A stretch of 64,000 bases of DNA, from positions 5,863 to 69,862 of the forward strand of contig CAZGOG010000005.1 in NCBI GenBank assembly GCA_964527555.1, given 5' to 3'. The notes under the pieces were generated by a model. The model was not told the DNA's origin, ran no database searches, and saw only the letters and a program-made list of their open reading frames with translations. Positions within the stretch are counted from its first letter, which is position 1; every line of letters begins with the position of its first letter. A program made the position numbers and the translations under genes. Below, piece after piece: positions 29,475 through 39,014 of the stretch. This DNA comes from an uncultured Planctomycetia bacterium (lineage in GTDB: Bacteria > Omnitrophota > Gorgyraeia > Tantalellales > Tantalellaceae).

Positions 29475-29900
29475 ATGAAGGCGGAGAAAAATATCACCTC
29501 GCATAAGATTCTTGTCGTCGACGATCAGGTAGGCATCGTATCTTTTCTTTATGATTTTTTTACACATAAGGGGTATGATGTCATACAGGCTACTAACGGC
29601 AAAGAAGCGATAAACCTTGTTAAAGAAGAGTCTCCCGAGATCGTTCTTCTGGATATAAAGCTGGGATGGGGAAAAGACGGGATCGAAGTCCTTAAGGAGA
29701 TTAAGCAAGACGCCCCTAAAGTAAGAGTTTTGATGATGACGAGCGTCGATGAAGAAGACGTTATCAACGAGGCATTTGAGCTCGGGGCGGATGATTATAT
29801 AATAAAACCCTTTAGTCTAAGCTATCTTGAGAAGGTCGTGATGCTCAAGATATTGAATCTGGAAATAAAACGTCTAGGGGAAAAGGACGATGAAAACTAG
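29475..29900 (+). CDS. Single-domain response regulator (REC)
   Basis: 'ILVVDD...LLDIKL...KP' receiver motifs. Confidence 0.7.
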   Translation: MKAEKNITSHKILVVDDQVGIVSFLYDFFTHKGYDVIQATNGKEAINLVKEESPEIVLLDIKLGWGKDGIEVLKEIKQDAPKVRVLMMTSVDEEDVINEAFELGADDYIIKPFSLSYLEKVVMLKILNLEIKRLGEKDDEN

Positions 29901-30399
29901 ACGCAAGAGTGTATTTAAAGGGCGTCTTTTCAATATCTTTAAAGGCGAAAAAATCCTGCCAGGCGGCAGGAAAGCATATTTCGAAGAAGTCGATCATCCG
30001 GGAGCGGCTCTCGTAATCCCTTTTATAAAAGGTAAGGTTGTTTTCATACGCCAGTACAGGGGCGTTATAGGCAAATACATCTGGGAGTTACCCGCCGGCA
30101 CGCTCGAGGCGGGGGAGACGTCCTATGCCTGCGCGAAGAGGGAAGTTTTGGAAGAGACCGGATACAGTGTAGCGAATCTCAAAAGAATAGGGCTTATATA
30201 TACGACGCCCGGTTTTTGTAACGAGAGGATACATATCTTCAAGGCTGAATGCAAAGAAAGACAAATCCCTAAAAAAGAGCATGATGAGATGATAAGGGTT
30301 GAGAGATTCACCCGGAACCGGATTCTTAAGCTTTTTAGAGCTGGCAAGATTATAGATTCAAAAACTATTGCCGCTCTTGCTTTTAGCGGTATTTTATGA
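29890..30399 (+). CDS. NUDIX hydrolase (ADP-ribose pyrophosphatase-like)
   Basis: Nudix box 'GETSYACAKREVLEETGY'. Confidence 0.75.
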   Translation: MKTRRKSVFKGRLFNIFKGEKILPGGRKAYFEEVDHPGAALVIPFIKGKVVFIRQYRGVIGKYIWELPAGTLEAGETSYACAKREVLEETGYSVANLKRIGLIYTTPGFCNERIHIFKAECKERQIPKKEHDEMIRVERFTRNRILKLFRAGKIIDSKTIAALAFSGIL

Positions 30400-30433
30400 T
30401 AAATTTAATTTGTTTTTAGTAGGGTTTCAATGC

Positions 30434-30462
30434 TTGACAATTTGCTTTATATGGGATATACT
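30434..30462 (+). promoter_or_regulatory. Consensus sigma-70 promoter (TTGACA-N17-TATACT)
   Basis: Read directly from the sequence, upstream of the ORF at 30492. Confidence 0.55.
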
Positions 30463-30491
30463 TCTGGCTAACAAAGTCAAAAGGGGGGTGA

Positions 30492-30820
30492 AGATGAAAA
30501 AGCTTTTAACACTTTTGGTTGTATTTGCAATTATTTTTAATGTAAGTGCATTTGCATCCACAAACAAACCATTAAAAAATCTTGGCGGTGGTTTAGACGA
30601 TATGGCGTACGGGGATCTTGAGATTCCTGATAACGCGAATGAGACCCAGACCAAGGGCACGCCGGCTTACCCGGATTGCACTACAAAGACAAACGATGGT
30701 ACGGGCAGGGGTATCGCTCGATTTGTCGGTGGTCTTTGGAAAGTGGCTACCTTCTGGTACCCGGAAAGCACCAGCACTACTAGCTCCACTGCTAGCAAAA
30801 CGACTAAAAAGAGCAGATAA
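30492..30820 (+). CDS. Small secreted protein
   Basis: RBS 'GGGGGG' and a signal peptide; Thr/Ser-rich C-terminus. Confidence 0.4.
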
Positions 30821-30842
30821 AACATAAATTTATATCAATAAC

Positions 30843-30878
30843 AAAAAGCCCGTCTTATCCGGTAAGGCGGGCTTTTTT
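30843..30878. terminator. Bidirectional rho-independent terminator between convergent genes
   Basis: 'AAAAAGCCCGTCTTATCCGGTAAGGCGGGCTTTTTT'. The stem is flanked by an A tract and a T tract. Confidence 0.75.
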
Positions 30879-30902
30879 CATCTAGGTCTTGCAAAAACTT
30901 CC

Positions 30903-31448
30903 TCAATATTTATTAAACGACACAGTTTCTTTTTTGTCCTTTAATGCTTTTTCATGAAGTTGCGCATCTTTCGGGTAACCGAGGGCTATAACCAGTTCAA
31001 TCTTTTTTAAGGGATGGACGGAAAGTATTTTTTTAAATTTTTTTTCATTAAACCAGCCGAGTACGCATGTTCCGATGCCGAGCTCCTGTGCCTGCAAGAC
31101 GATATGCGCACATGCTATTCCTATGTCTATATGCCTAAAATCCGTGCTTCTGAATTTTCCGGCCAACCAGGCGGGAAATTTTGTTCTTTCAGAAACCACT
31201 GCCACAAAAGCAGCGGCTTCCTTAGCGAATGAATTCATGTTATAAAAGCCGGAAAATACATGTTTTGACATTGCTGTCTTTGTATTTGCGTCATCCACGG
31301 CTATGAATTTCCAGGGCTGTGCGTTACAGGTCGATGGCGCGTAGCGCGCAGCCTCAACACATAGTTCCAGGTCTTCTCGCGCAATAGGACGCGCCTCATA
31401 TGCACGGATGCTTCTTCTTTGTTTTATCAGATCGAGAAAGGTCTGCAT
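30903..31448 (-). CDS. Nitroreductase family protein
   Basis: N-terminal 'RRSIRAY' FMN-binding motif; 181 aa. Confidence 0.8.
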   Translation of the reverse strand: MQTFLDLIKQRRSIRAYEARPIAREDLELCVEAARYAPSTCNAQPWKFIAVDDANTKTAMSKHVFSGFYNMNSFAKEAAAFVAVVSERTKFPAWLAGKFRSTDFRHIDIGIACAHIVLQAQELGIGTCVLGWFNEKKFKKILSVHPLKKIELVIALGYPKDAQLHEKALKDKKETVSFNKY

Positions 31449-31521
31449 TTTTCCTCCTTTGTCTTGGAGACAGCGTTAATAGCTGTGGCAGTTTTTCCTG
31501 CTTTTGATTATAATATAAAAT

Positions 31522-32355
31522 ATGAAAAAGTTACAGGTTATTATAATAGGCATCTTTCTTGCGTGTAATCTCCTGGGATGCGCCGGTACTGCCCACATCA
31601 AGAAGATCGAAACCGTCAAAGGTGTGTCAATAGAAAAGGTTGAAGAGTCTCTCAAGGAGAGGCCGCGTTTCCAGTCGGGCAAACGATTTATATATTTAAT
31701 AGCATGGAACAGGATTCCGGTGGGAAGGATAATTGCCGAGGCGAGTGATATAAGAACTTACCGGGACCGCGAAGCGTATGTCGTAAAGGTCGTTACCGAG
31801 TCAAATAGATTTCTTTCGAAGATATACAGGGTGGAGGACACGTACACCTCTTATATAGATGCGGAGACAATGACCAGTCTCCATTATGAAGCCGACCGCA
31901 AGGAGGGTAATTATCGCAAGCATCTCGTTGTAGAATATGATTTTGAAAAGATGGAAGCGATATACACAAATCTTACGGACGGCTCTGTAAAAAAATGCGC
32001 AATCGAGAAAAATGTCCAGGATCCGGTTAGCGGGCTGTGTAACTTTATGACGCTGCCGGCAAAACCCGGTGAAGAAGTTACGATGACGGTGAACCTCAAT
32101 ATGAATAATTACGTTCTATCCGGAAAGATTGAGGAGATAGAGGTGATCGCGCTTCCGGAGCTTGGGGCTTTTCCGGCGTTTAAAATAAGACCTTATGTTA
32201 AGCTCAAAGGAGAGAAAGTTGACAAGGGAAAAGCATGGATGTATTTCACTGCGGATGAAAAACGTTTCCCTCTCTACGGGGTGGTTATAATTCCCTTCGG
32301 CAGGGTGACGGCCACATTAAGATCAGTCGAAGAGATAGATTATGAAATCCATTAA
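31522..32355 (+). CDS. Lipoprotein, function unknown (DUF3108-like)
   Basis: Lipobox 'LLGCAG'; predicted beta-rich. Confidence 0.4.
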   Translation: MKKLQVIIIGIFLACNLLGCAGTAHIKKIETVKGVSIEKVEESLKERPRFQSGKRFIYLIAWNRIPVGRIIAEASDIRTYRDREAYVVKVVTESNRFLSKIYRVEDTYTSYIDAETMTSLHYEADRKEGNYRKHLVVEYDFEKMEAIYTNLTDGSVKKCAIEKNVQDPVSGLCNFMTLPAKPGEEVTMTVNLNMNNYVLSGKIEEIEVIALPELGAFPAFKIRPYVKLKGEKVDKGKAWMYFTADEKRFPLYGVVIIPFGRVTATLRSVEEIDYEIH

Positions 32356-33118
32356 CAAGACGGAATATTTTATCGCAAAAAAGGTTGGGCGGGCCATCAA
32401 TCAGTACAATATGATTGAACGCGGCGATAAAGTGCTTGTAGCCGTCTCGGGAGGCAAGGACAGCTTGACGCTTCTCAGGGTTCTCCAGACGCGCAAGAAG
32501 TGGCTGCCGATAGATTATACGGTCAAAGCAGTGCATGTTATTACCGATTATGACCAGAAGCCCGCGGTGAACAAAGAAAAGCTTGCAGGGTATTTTGAAA
32601 GTCTTGGTTGTGATTATGTTTTTAAAGAAATAGCGATCGCCGAAAAAAACAAACTCACCCGTCAAGACTGTTTCTGGTGTTCATGGAACAGGCGTAAAGC
32701 GATATTTGAAACAGCAGAAAGTGAAGCATGCAATAAAGTCGCGTTCGGACATCATAAGGACGATATAGTAGAGACGATACTTATGAACATGATCTTCAAC
32801 GGGGAGCTATCCAGTATCAATCCTGTTCAACCCCTTTTTAAGGGAAAGATAGTTATAATAAGGCCACTGGTCTTTCTGGAAGAAAAGGAGATTGACGGGT
32901 ACGTAAAGGATTTATCCATACCATTGGTAAAATCGGCTTGCCCCAGAGAGGCCGGTTCTAAACGAGCGCTTATAAAAGACATCGTCAGGCGCCTGGCAAA
33001 GGAAGGGCAGGACATAAAGAGCAACATTATAAGGGCGCCTCACAGGGTGAAAGAAGAGTATCTGACGGAAACATTGGATGCGAGCGGCGATGATTCTCTG
33101 GAAGTAACGATTTTCTAA
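32342..33118 (+). CDS. ttcA: tRNA 2-thiocytidine biosynthesis protein TtcA-like PP-loop ATPase
   Basis: 'SGGKDS' PP-loop and Cys motifs 'CFWCSW' and 'ACNK'. Confidence 0.7.
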   Translation: MKSINKTEYFIAKKVGRAINQYNMIERGDKVLVAVSGGKDSLTLLRVLQTRKKWLPIDYTVKAVHVITDYDQKPAVNKEKLAGYFESLGCDYVFKEIAIAEKNKLTRQDCFWCSWNRRKAIFETAESEACNKVAFGHHKDDIVETILMNMIFNGELSSINPVQPLFKGKIVIIRPLVFLEEKEIDGYVKDLSIPLVKSACPREAGSKRALIKDIVRRLAKEGQDIKSNIIRAPHRVKEEYLTETLDASGDDSLEVTIF

Positions 33119-33135
33119 CAAGATCATACGGGAAA

Positions 33136-33942
33136 ATGAGAGAGAAGAGATTATTTTTGTTTATCATGATGCTGATCTTTTTGCCTTTTCTTACGGCTAG
33201 CGTTATGACAGTCAACCCTGCCACCGATGAGCAGGAACTCATCTTTATACCGGCTGCTAAAGAAAGGAGCATGGGAAAAAAAATAAACGAAAAGGTCTGC
33301 GAACATTTTGACCTTCCGGTAGACCCCCTTATGCAGAAACGCATAGAAGAAATAGGCCAGAGGCTCGCCCGCGGAGCGGACAGGACTGAGGTGGTCTACC
33401 GTTTTAAAGTGCTCGATTATGAAAAAGATGATTTTTACAACGCGTTTGCCGCACCCGGAGGGTATATTTATATCTTTACGGATCTTGTGGATGCTTTAAA
33501 GCGAGACGATGAAATTGCCGCGGTTCTTGCGCATGAAATGGCTCATGTGGAGGCCAAACATTCCATTAAAAGGCTTCAGGGTGATATCGGGGCGACTATA
33601 CTTATGATACTCGGTTCACAGATGGGAGGCGATCGGCGTTCGCATGCCGAGGCCAACATGGCGATTAATCAGCTCATGGCCGCGTATTCGCGCCACGATG
33701 AGACTCAGGCTGATGAGCTTTCTGTAAAGTATTTAAAACGGGCTGACTTTGACCCGGAAGGCGCCGTCAATGCTCTTAAGACTTTAAAAAAACTGCGCAA
33801 GAAAGGGCCCAGGATGAAATATTCGTTTTACAAGAGTCACCCGTATCTCTCTGAACGCATTGCTGATCTTAAGAATTTCATTAAAGGGCATGCGGATTTC
33901 GATTCATATATAAATTTGGTCACAGATAATGATGAATTGTGA
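33136..33942 (+). CDS. Secreted M48 family metalloprotease (BepA/YfgC-like)
   Basis: Signal peptide and 'HEMAHVEAKH' motif. Confidence 0.7.
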   Translation: MREKRLFLFIMMLIFLPFLTASVMTVNPATDEQELIFIPAAKERSMGKKINEKVCEHFDLPVDPLMQKRIEEIGQRLARGADRTEVVYRFKVLDYEKDDFYNAFAAPGGYIYIFTDLVDALKRDDEIAAVLAHEMAHVEAKHSIKRLQGDIGATILMILGSQMGGDRRSHAEANMAINQLMAAYSRHDETQADELSVKYLKRADFDPEGAVNALKTLKKLRKKGPRMKYSFYKSHPYLSERIADLKNFIKGHADFDSYINLVTDNDEL

Positions 33943-33987
33943 TATCATAATAGAAATATAAATATGTGAAAAGGGGAGGCTGCGGCG

Positions 33988-34476
33988 ATGAAAAAAATAG
34001 CGGTAATCTATTATTCAAGGTCGGGTAATACCGAAGCTATGGCTCATCTCGTTGCAGAAGGCGCGCGGGAGGAATCCGGCGTCCAGGTCGACGTGAAACG
34101 CGTCGAGGATTTCCCGGCTGAAAAGGCTTTGGAATATGACGGCCTGATTATAGGCTCTCCCACTTACTACGGCTCAATGGCGTACCAGGTAAAGAAATTT
34201 TTCGATGATTCTGTGACTTTTCATGGGAAACTTTCAGGGAGGGTCGGCGGTGCTTTTTCTTCGGCCGCTAATATCGGCGGCGGGAACGAAACGACCATAA
34301 CCGGTATTTTAAATGCGATGATGATCCACGGCATGATAGTCCAGGGTATTGAAACAGGAGACCATTTCGGGCCCGTTTCAATCGGCAGCCCCGACAAGAG
34401 GGTTACAAAACAGTGTCATGCTTACGGCAAGAGGATAGCCGCTTTAGTGAAAAAAGCGGCTATAAGCCGCTTATAA
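33988..34476 (+). CDS. Flavodoxin-like / NADPH-dependent FMN reductase family protein
   Basis: 'IAVIYYSRSGNTE' flavodoxin-fold N-terminus. Confidence 0.7.
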   Translation: MKKIAVIYYSRSGNTEAMAHLVAEGAREESGVQVDVKRVEDFPAEKALEYDGLIIGSPTYYGSMAYQVKKFFDDSVTFHGKLSGRVGGAFSSAANIGGGNETTITGILNAMMIHGMIVQGIETGDHFGPVSIGSPDKRVTKQCHAYGKRIAALVKKAAISRL

Positions 34477-34488
34477 GGTTTTTTTACA

Positions 34489-34666
34489 GGTTATGGTTCG
34501 ACTCACTTCGTTCGCTCACCATGAATCTGCGAGGAAAGATATTTTGAACTTAGAACGAAGGAACACCAGGGTGTGAAGGCGTGGACGCGGAAGTTGTGAC
34601 GCCAACAGGCGAAAAAGATGAAAGGGCGGACGTAAGTCCGTGGAGATTCATGAAAGGAGCACGGTC
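34489..34666 (+). ncRNA. Family-2 conserved leader element, copy 1 (candidate cis-regulatory RNA)
   Basis: About 94% identical over 80 nt to 48574-48653, with patchy similarity through to the RBS. Directly upstream of PIN-PhoH. Confidence 0.55.
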
Positions 34667-35989
34667 TTGAAAAAAATATTTGTACTGGACACTAACGTTA
34701 TATTGCACAACCCGAATTCACTTGTTTCGTTTGCTGATAATATTGTAGTTTTGCCCATAGAGGTGCTGGAGGAGCTGGATAATTTCAAAAAAAATCACGA
34801 TGAAAAAGGGCGCAACGCGAGAATAGCTATACGTCTTTTGGATAAGTTACGTAAGAAGGGGGAGCCCGGCAAGGGCTTTCCACTTGATAACGGCGGTCTT
34901 TTGAGGATTATAACAGGTATAGATTATGACAAGACCGTCGAGGTGAGGCTTTCCAGGGGGATAGTTGACAACAGGATATTACTTACCGCCTATATGCTCA
35001 AAAAAGAGGGGGAACGCGTGATATTCGTATCTAAGGATATTAACGCGAGGATCAAGGCTGACGCCATCGGGATTCCCAGTGTTGATTTTGAAAAACAGAA
35101 AGTCGATTTTGAGAGACTGTACACAGGGTGGCACCCCCTTAATGTGAAAAGAAGCGAAATAGACTCTTTTTACAAGAAAAAAGAGTATAAAGTCCCCGCA
35201 GGCGAATTCTTCCCGAACGAATTCGGGCTGCTGACAGATGCGGAAGACCCGAAACACACGGCGATAGGCAGGTACAAGGAAGATTTCGGGATACTTATGC
35301 CGCTCATCTTCAACAAGATGTTTGTGATGTCGCTGAGGCCCCGGAACAAAGAGCAGGTCATGGCGCTGGAACTCTTGCTCAATGATGATATAAATCTGGT
35401 AACCCTTGTCGGCCCGGCAGGTACAGGTAAGACGCTTTTGGCCATGGCGGCGGGACTTCAGAAAGTTATAAAAGATAAATCGTATGAAGGGCTTCTCATC
35501 GCGCGCCCCGTTATGCCGCTAGGCAACGATATCGGGTTTCTTCCGGGAACGAAGGAGGAAAAACTGGAGAGCTGGATGGGGCCTATATTTGACAATCTTG
35601 AGTATATTTTGAATGCGGAGAGGAAAGACAAAAACGTTAAGGTTAAGCCGAAAATTCAGATTGAAAAATATATTAAAGAAGAGATAATAGAACTTGAGGC
35701 TATGACATTTATGAGGGGCAGGAGCATCCCTGATCGTTTTATCATTATAGACGAGGCTCAGAACATGACCCCTCATGAAGTAAAGACCGTAATCAGCCGT
35801 GCGGGTAATCACACAAAAATGGTTCTTACGGGAGACCCGTACCAGATAGATAACCCTTATCTCGACGCCTCCAGTAACGGCCTGGCGTATTGTGTGGAAA
35901 GGATGAAAGGGCAACAGATGTTCGGCCACATGATACTAACGAAAAGCGAAAGAAGTTCTTTGGCTTCGCTTGCGGCGGAACGGTTATAA
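34640..35989 (+). CDS. PIN-domain + PhoH-like ATPase (PhoH2/YlaK family)
   Basis: N-terminal PIN ('VLDTNVILH') and C-terminal Walker A 'GPAGTGKT'. The true start may be the TTG at 34667, preceded by 'AAAGGAG'. Confidence 0.8.
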   Translation: MEIHERSTVLKKIFVLDTNVILHNPNSLVSFADNIVVLPIEVLEELDNFKKNHDEKGRNARIAIRLLDKLRKKGEPGKGFPLDNGGLLRIITGIDYDKTVEVRLSRGIVDNRILLTAYMLKKEGERVIFVSKDINARIKADAIGIPSVDFEKQKVDFERLYTGWHPLNVKRSEIDSFYKKKEYKVPAGEFFPNEFGLLTDAEDPKHTAIGRYKEDFGILMPLIFNKMFVMSLRPRNKEQVMALELLLNDDINLVTLVGPAGTGKTLLAMAAGLQKVIKDKSYEGLLIARPVMPLGNDIGFLPGTKEEKLESWMGPIFDNLEYILNAERKDKNVKVKPKIQIEKYIKEEIIELEAMTFMRGRSIPDRFIIIDEAQNMTPHEVKTVISRAGNHTKMVLTGDPYQIDNPYLDASSNGLAYCVERMKGQQMFGHMILTKSERSSLASLAAERL

Positions 35990-36030
35990 TAATAAGATCG
36001 GAAAAGACGGATTAAACAAAGGAGAAAAGG

Positions 36031-36732
36031 ATGAAAAGACTCACTTGGAGGAAATGGAGAGCGATAGTTCCCGTGTTTTTGTGTATTGCTTTAGTAAGCG
36101 GGAACTGTTTTGCAAAAAGCGATATTGAAAAATTAGACACAAGGATAAGAGAAGCGAGGCTGGTCATCGGGGAGATGCACGAGATGCCGGACACGTCAAT
36201 CCCGAAAGACCTCTTAAAGCAATGCTCGGGAGTCGCCATATTTCCCTCAACAATAAAAGGAGGTTTTGTTTTCGGGGGACAGTACGGGCAGGGAGTACTT
36301 TTAAACAGGGATAAAAAGACAGGCAAGTGGAGTGCGCCGGTTTTTATATCTATTGGCGGCGCAAGTTTTGGTTTCCAGATAGGCGGGCAGGCCACGGATA
36401 TGATACTTGTTATAATGAATGAAAGAGGGATGGACAGCCTCTCCCACGGCAATGTCGCTCTGGGCGGAGATGTATCGGCAGCGGCGGGACCCATTGGCAG
36501 AGACGCGGCACTTGAGACGGACGCTCTTTTGAAGGCGAGCATCTTTACTTATTCCAGAAGCAAGGGTCTTTTTGCGGGTGTTTCACTTAAAGGATCGATC
36601 GTGGGCCCGATGAAGAACCTTAACGAGGAATATTACGGAGAGGGCGTGACCGCCAGCGATATACTTTTTTCAGATAAGATCCAGCCGACCGCAGAGGGCG
36701 AGAAGCTTATCGAAGTTCTGGAACAATATTGA
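36031..36732 (+). CDS. SYLF (Ysc84/DUF500) lipid-binding domain protein, secreted
   Basis: Signal peptide and Gly-rich 'GGFVFGGQYG...GGASFGFQIGG' motifs. Confidence 0.65.
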   Translation: MKRLTWRKWRAIVPVFLCIALVSGNCFAKSDIEKLDTRIREARLVIGEMHEMPDTSIPKDLLKQCSGVAIFPSTIKGGFVFGGQYGQGVLLNRDKKTGKWSAPVFISIGGASFGFQIGGQATDMILVIMNERGMDSLSHGNVALGGDVSAAAGPIGRDAALETDALLKASIFTYSRSKGLFAGVSLKGSIVGPMKNLNEEYYGEGVTASDILFSDKIQPTAEGEKLIEVLEQY

Positions 36733-36794
36733 TTGCATATAAAAAATAAAGAGTTAAAATGATAAAGACTGGCAGTTTGTGATTTAAGGAGACT

Positions 36795-36959
36795 ATGAGG
36801 ATAAATATCCGTTATATAAAGAAAAACGATATTTTTGAGATCCAGGCTGTTGAGAAGAAAGTGCGAGCGCATTTTCTTCTTTCAAGAGCAGAGCTTAATA
36901 ACTTAAGGACGATACTGGAAAAAGTTCTTCTAGAAAGCAAAAGCAAACAAAAAGAGTAG
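36795..36959 (+). CDS. Possible small protein (54 aa, Lys-rich)
   Basis: 'AAGGAG' precedes the ATG. Not in the ORF track because it is under 60 aa. Confidence 0.2.
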   Translation: MRINIRYIKKNDIFEIQAVEKKVRAHFLLSRAELNNLRTILEKVLLESKSKQKE

Positions 36960-36999
36960 GGTTCTGGCAAAAGCGCCCTAACTGGTATTAAGAGGGTCT

Positions 37000-37461
37000 A
37001 TGCGGTGTTTACACGGGAAAAATAAAGCGGCTGTTTTTATCGCGGGGTTGTTTTTTGCAGGCTGCATTTTAGGCGGAGCCTCCGGCCTGAAAGCAGACGA
37101 GGTCGAGTACGAAAAATTCAAGGGCGGTCTTGGATCGCTTATAGCGTTTGGTAGAACGAGGGCCGAGATGGTCCGTCAGTACAACGCGGAAACTAAAAGT
37201 TACAACAGCATTAAAAAAGCGGTTGACAGCGGACAGCTGAGGGAAGGCGATGCGGCGTCGACGGTTAAAAGAAGGTATGGAGACCCCGTAATTACGCTGA
37301 CCGATGACAGAGATTCTACGACGAAATGGATTTATAAACCTGCTGAAGCTTCATTTTCATCTAACCAGAAGATATATCTTACATTCGATGAGAATGATAA
37401 ACTGGTGGAATGGATTTCATTGCAGCCGGTGGAAGAAAACCTCCCCGCTTCGGGAAATTAA
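37000..37461 (+). CDS. Lipoprotein, function unknown
   Basis: Lipobox 'FFAGC'. Confidence 0.4.
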   Translation: MRCLHGKNKAAVFIAGLFFAGCILGGASGLKADEVEYEKFKGGLGSLIAFGRTRAEMVRQYNAETKSYNSIKKAVDSGQLREGDAASTVKRRYGDPVITLTDDRDSTTKWIYKPAEASFSSNQKIYLTFDENDKLVEWISLQPVEENLPASGN

Positions 37462-37485
37462 CAGTATTTTTTCTCCCTTCTTTTT

Positions 37486-38577
37486 TTATTTAGCCATCGC
37501 GTAAGTTGAGCACTTTTTGTATCCCTTGTAATTTGCTTGTATGACCTCTTGAGCCGGTTTATTTTGCGGCGTAAACTGTCTGTTGTACTCTCCCCCGGCA
37601 TTTATGTTTGTATCCCATTTCCACCAGTATACCCCCGCAAGCCAAGGTTCGTTCCATATGGTCTGGAAAAACGCTTCGTAGCACCTGGCCTGTATTTCCG
37701 GGTCGGCATTTCCGCATGTGCCCCCTTTCCAGGGAGTGTAAGGAGCATGCGGAGTGCTTGCATAACCTATTTCAGTGAAGATGATGGGTTTATTGACCTG
37801 GACTTGCCAGGTTTCGATTTCGTATTTCCACTTTTCCCATCCCTTCTTAAGGTCTTCGATCGTCGGGGCAGATTCATATGTAAGCGGAAAGTAAGCATCT
37901 ATACCCACGTAATCCAGTATATCCCAGAACTTAATGTTCTTGAAATTGTCCCAGTTAGCGGCATAGACGAGTTCTCCCGAGTAGATCTTTTTTACCTCTT
38001 CGATTATTGTACGCCACTCGGAATCTTTCTGTGTGGTAAAGGAGAGCTCCGTTCCCACGCAGAAGAGTTCCACTTTTTCCTTTTCAGCCATCTTCGCATA
38101 GTGAGTTATGTTTTTCTTATATTCCAGGAACCACTTCTTCCAATCATCTTCAGTGTTGAATCCGATATCAGCACGCCAGTAAGTGCCGTCATATTTATCG
38201 AGAAGATCAATGTGGGGTTTGAGCATGACTTTAAGTCCCAGCGTATGGGCGCGTTTGATTGTATGGACTATGCTTCTATCGCTGGGAGTTTGGTCTGTAG
38301 GTTTTATTTCCGTGGAATTATATTGTTCCTGGTATAGCGTCACGCATATTGAGAGGTATTCTACTCCCAGGGACGCGAGTTTCTCCAGGGATTCGTCAGA
38401 GTATTGGGAAGCAAATCTTTCTTTTTCCCAGGTCACGTAACACATACCTTTTTGTGGCAGGAATAGTGTCGTTTCGGAAAATACCGGAAGCACGGGAGAG
38501 AATTGGTATATCGCAAAAACCATTGCGACGAGAACATATAGCGCATTTGTTTTCTTTTTAAGTCGTTGGATCTTCAT
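37486..38577 (-). CDS. Secreted clan GH-A glycoside hydrolase (GH113/GH26/GH5-like TIM barrel)
   Basis: Signal peptide and candidate catalytic motifs 'GTEL' and 'FTEIGY'. Confidence 0.55.
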   Translation of the reverse strand: MKIQRLKKKTNALYVLVAMVFAIYQFSPVLPVFSETTLFLPQKGMCYVTWEKERFASQYSDESLEKLASLGVEYLSICVTLYQEQYNSTEIKPTDQTPSDRSIVHTIKRAHTLGLKVMLKPHIDLLDKYDGTYWRADIGFNTEDDWKKWFLEYKKNITHYAKMAEKEKVELFCVGTELSFTTQKDSEWRTIIEEVKKIYSGELVYAANWDNFKNIKFWDILDYVGIDAYFPLTYESAPTIEDLKKGWEKWKYEIETWQVQVNKPIIFTEIGYASTPHAPYTPWKGGTCGNADPEIQARCYEAFFQTIWNEPWLAGVYWWKWDTNINAGGEYNRQFTPQNKPAQEVIQANYKGYKKCSTYAMAK

Positions 38578-39014
38578 TTTCTTGCCTTCCTTTCCGCAAA
38601 ACCCGTTTTGACAAAGGCAAGACCCTGTGGATAGGCTTACAAAAAGTTAGCAGAAAATGATGATCCAAGAGTTTCAGTTTCGGCAGTCTGACGACCATGT
38701 CCCCAAAAGGGGAGTTAGGCTCATGACTTTGCGTCCTATCCTTTAGGATAGTTTGCCTTTATCGTCTATAAACAAGTTTTTTAAAGAGCTTTTGCGATCT
38801 CAATTATAAGCTTAATGATAAAAAAACAAAAAGCAAGATGGAAAAACAAACTTTTTAATATTTAACTTTGATCGAGATTTTAGTATAATTTAAACGCAAA
38901 ATCAAAGAGATTTCCATAGTTGTAAAATTTCATTTGTCTTTCAGGTACTATTTTTATATAATCTATTGCACCAAAAGTGCAAAAGGTCTTGTATAAAATA
39001 CGCAAGGAGAAAAA

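Noticed and set aside
34491-34503. A tRNA T-arm-like 'GGTTCGACTC' at the start of the family-2 element
   Set aside because: The flanking bases cannot form the T stem or an acceptor stem, so it is not a tRNA or tRNA fragment.
36012-36542. A 176-aa minus-strand ORF
   Set aside because: It is antisense to the SYLF-domain gene.
37537-38337. A 266-aa + strand ORF
   Set aside because: It is antisense to the glycoside hydrolase gene, which has signal-peptide and catalytic-motif support.
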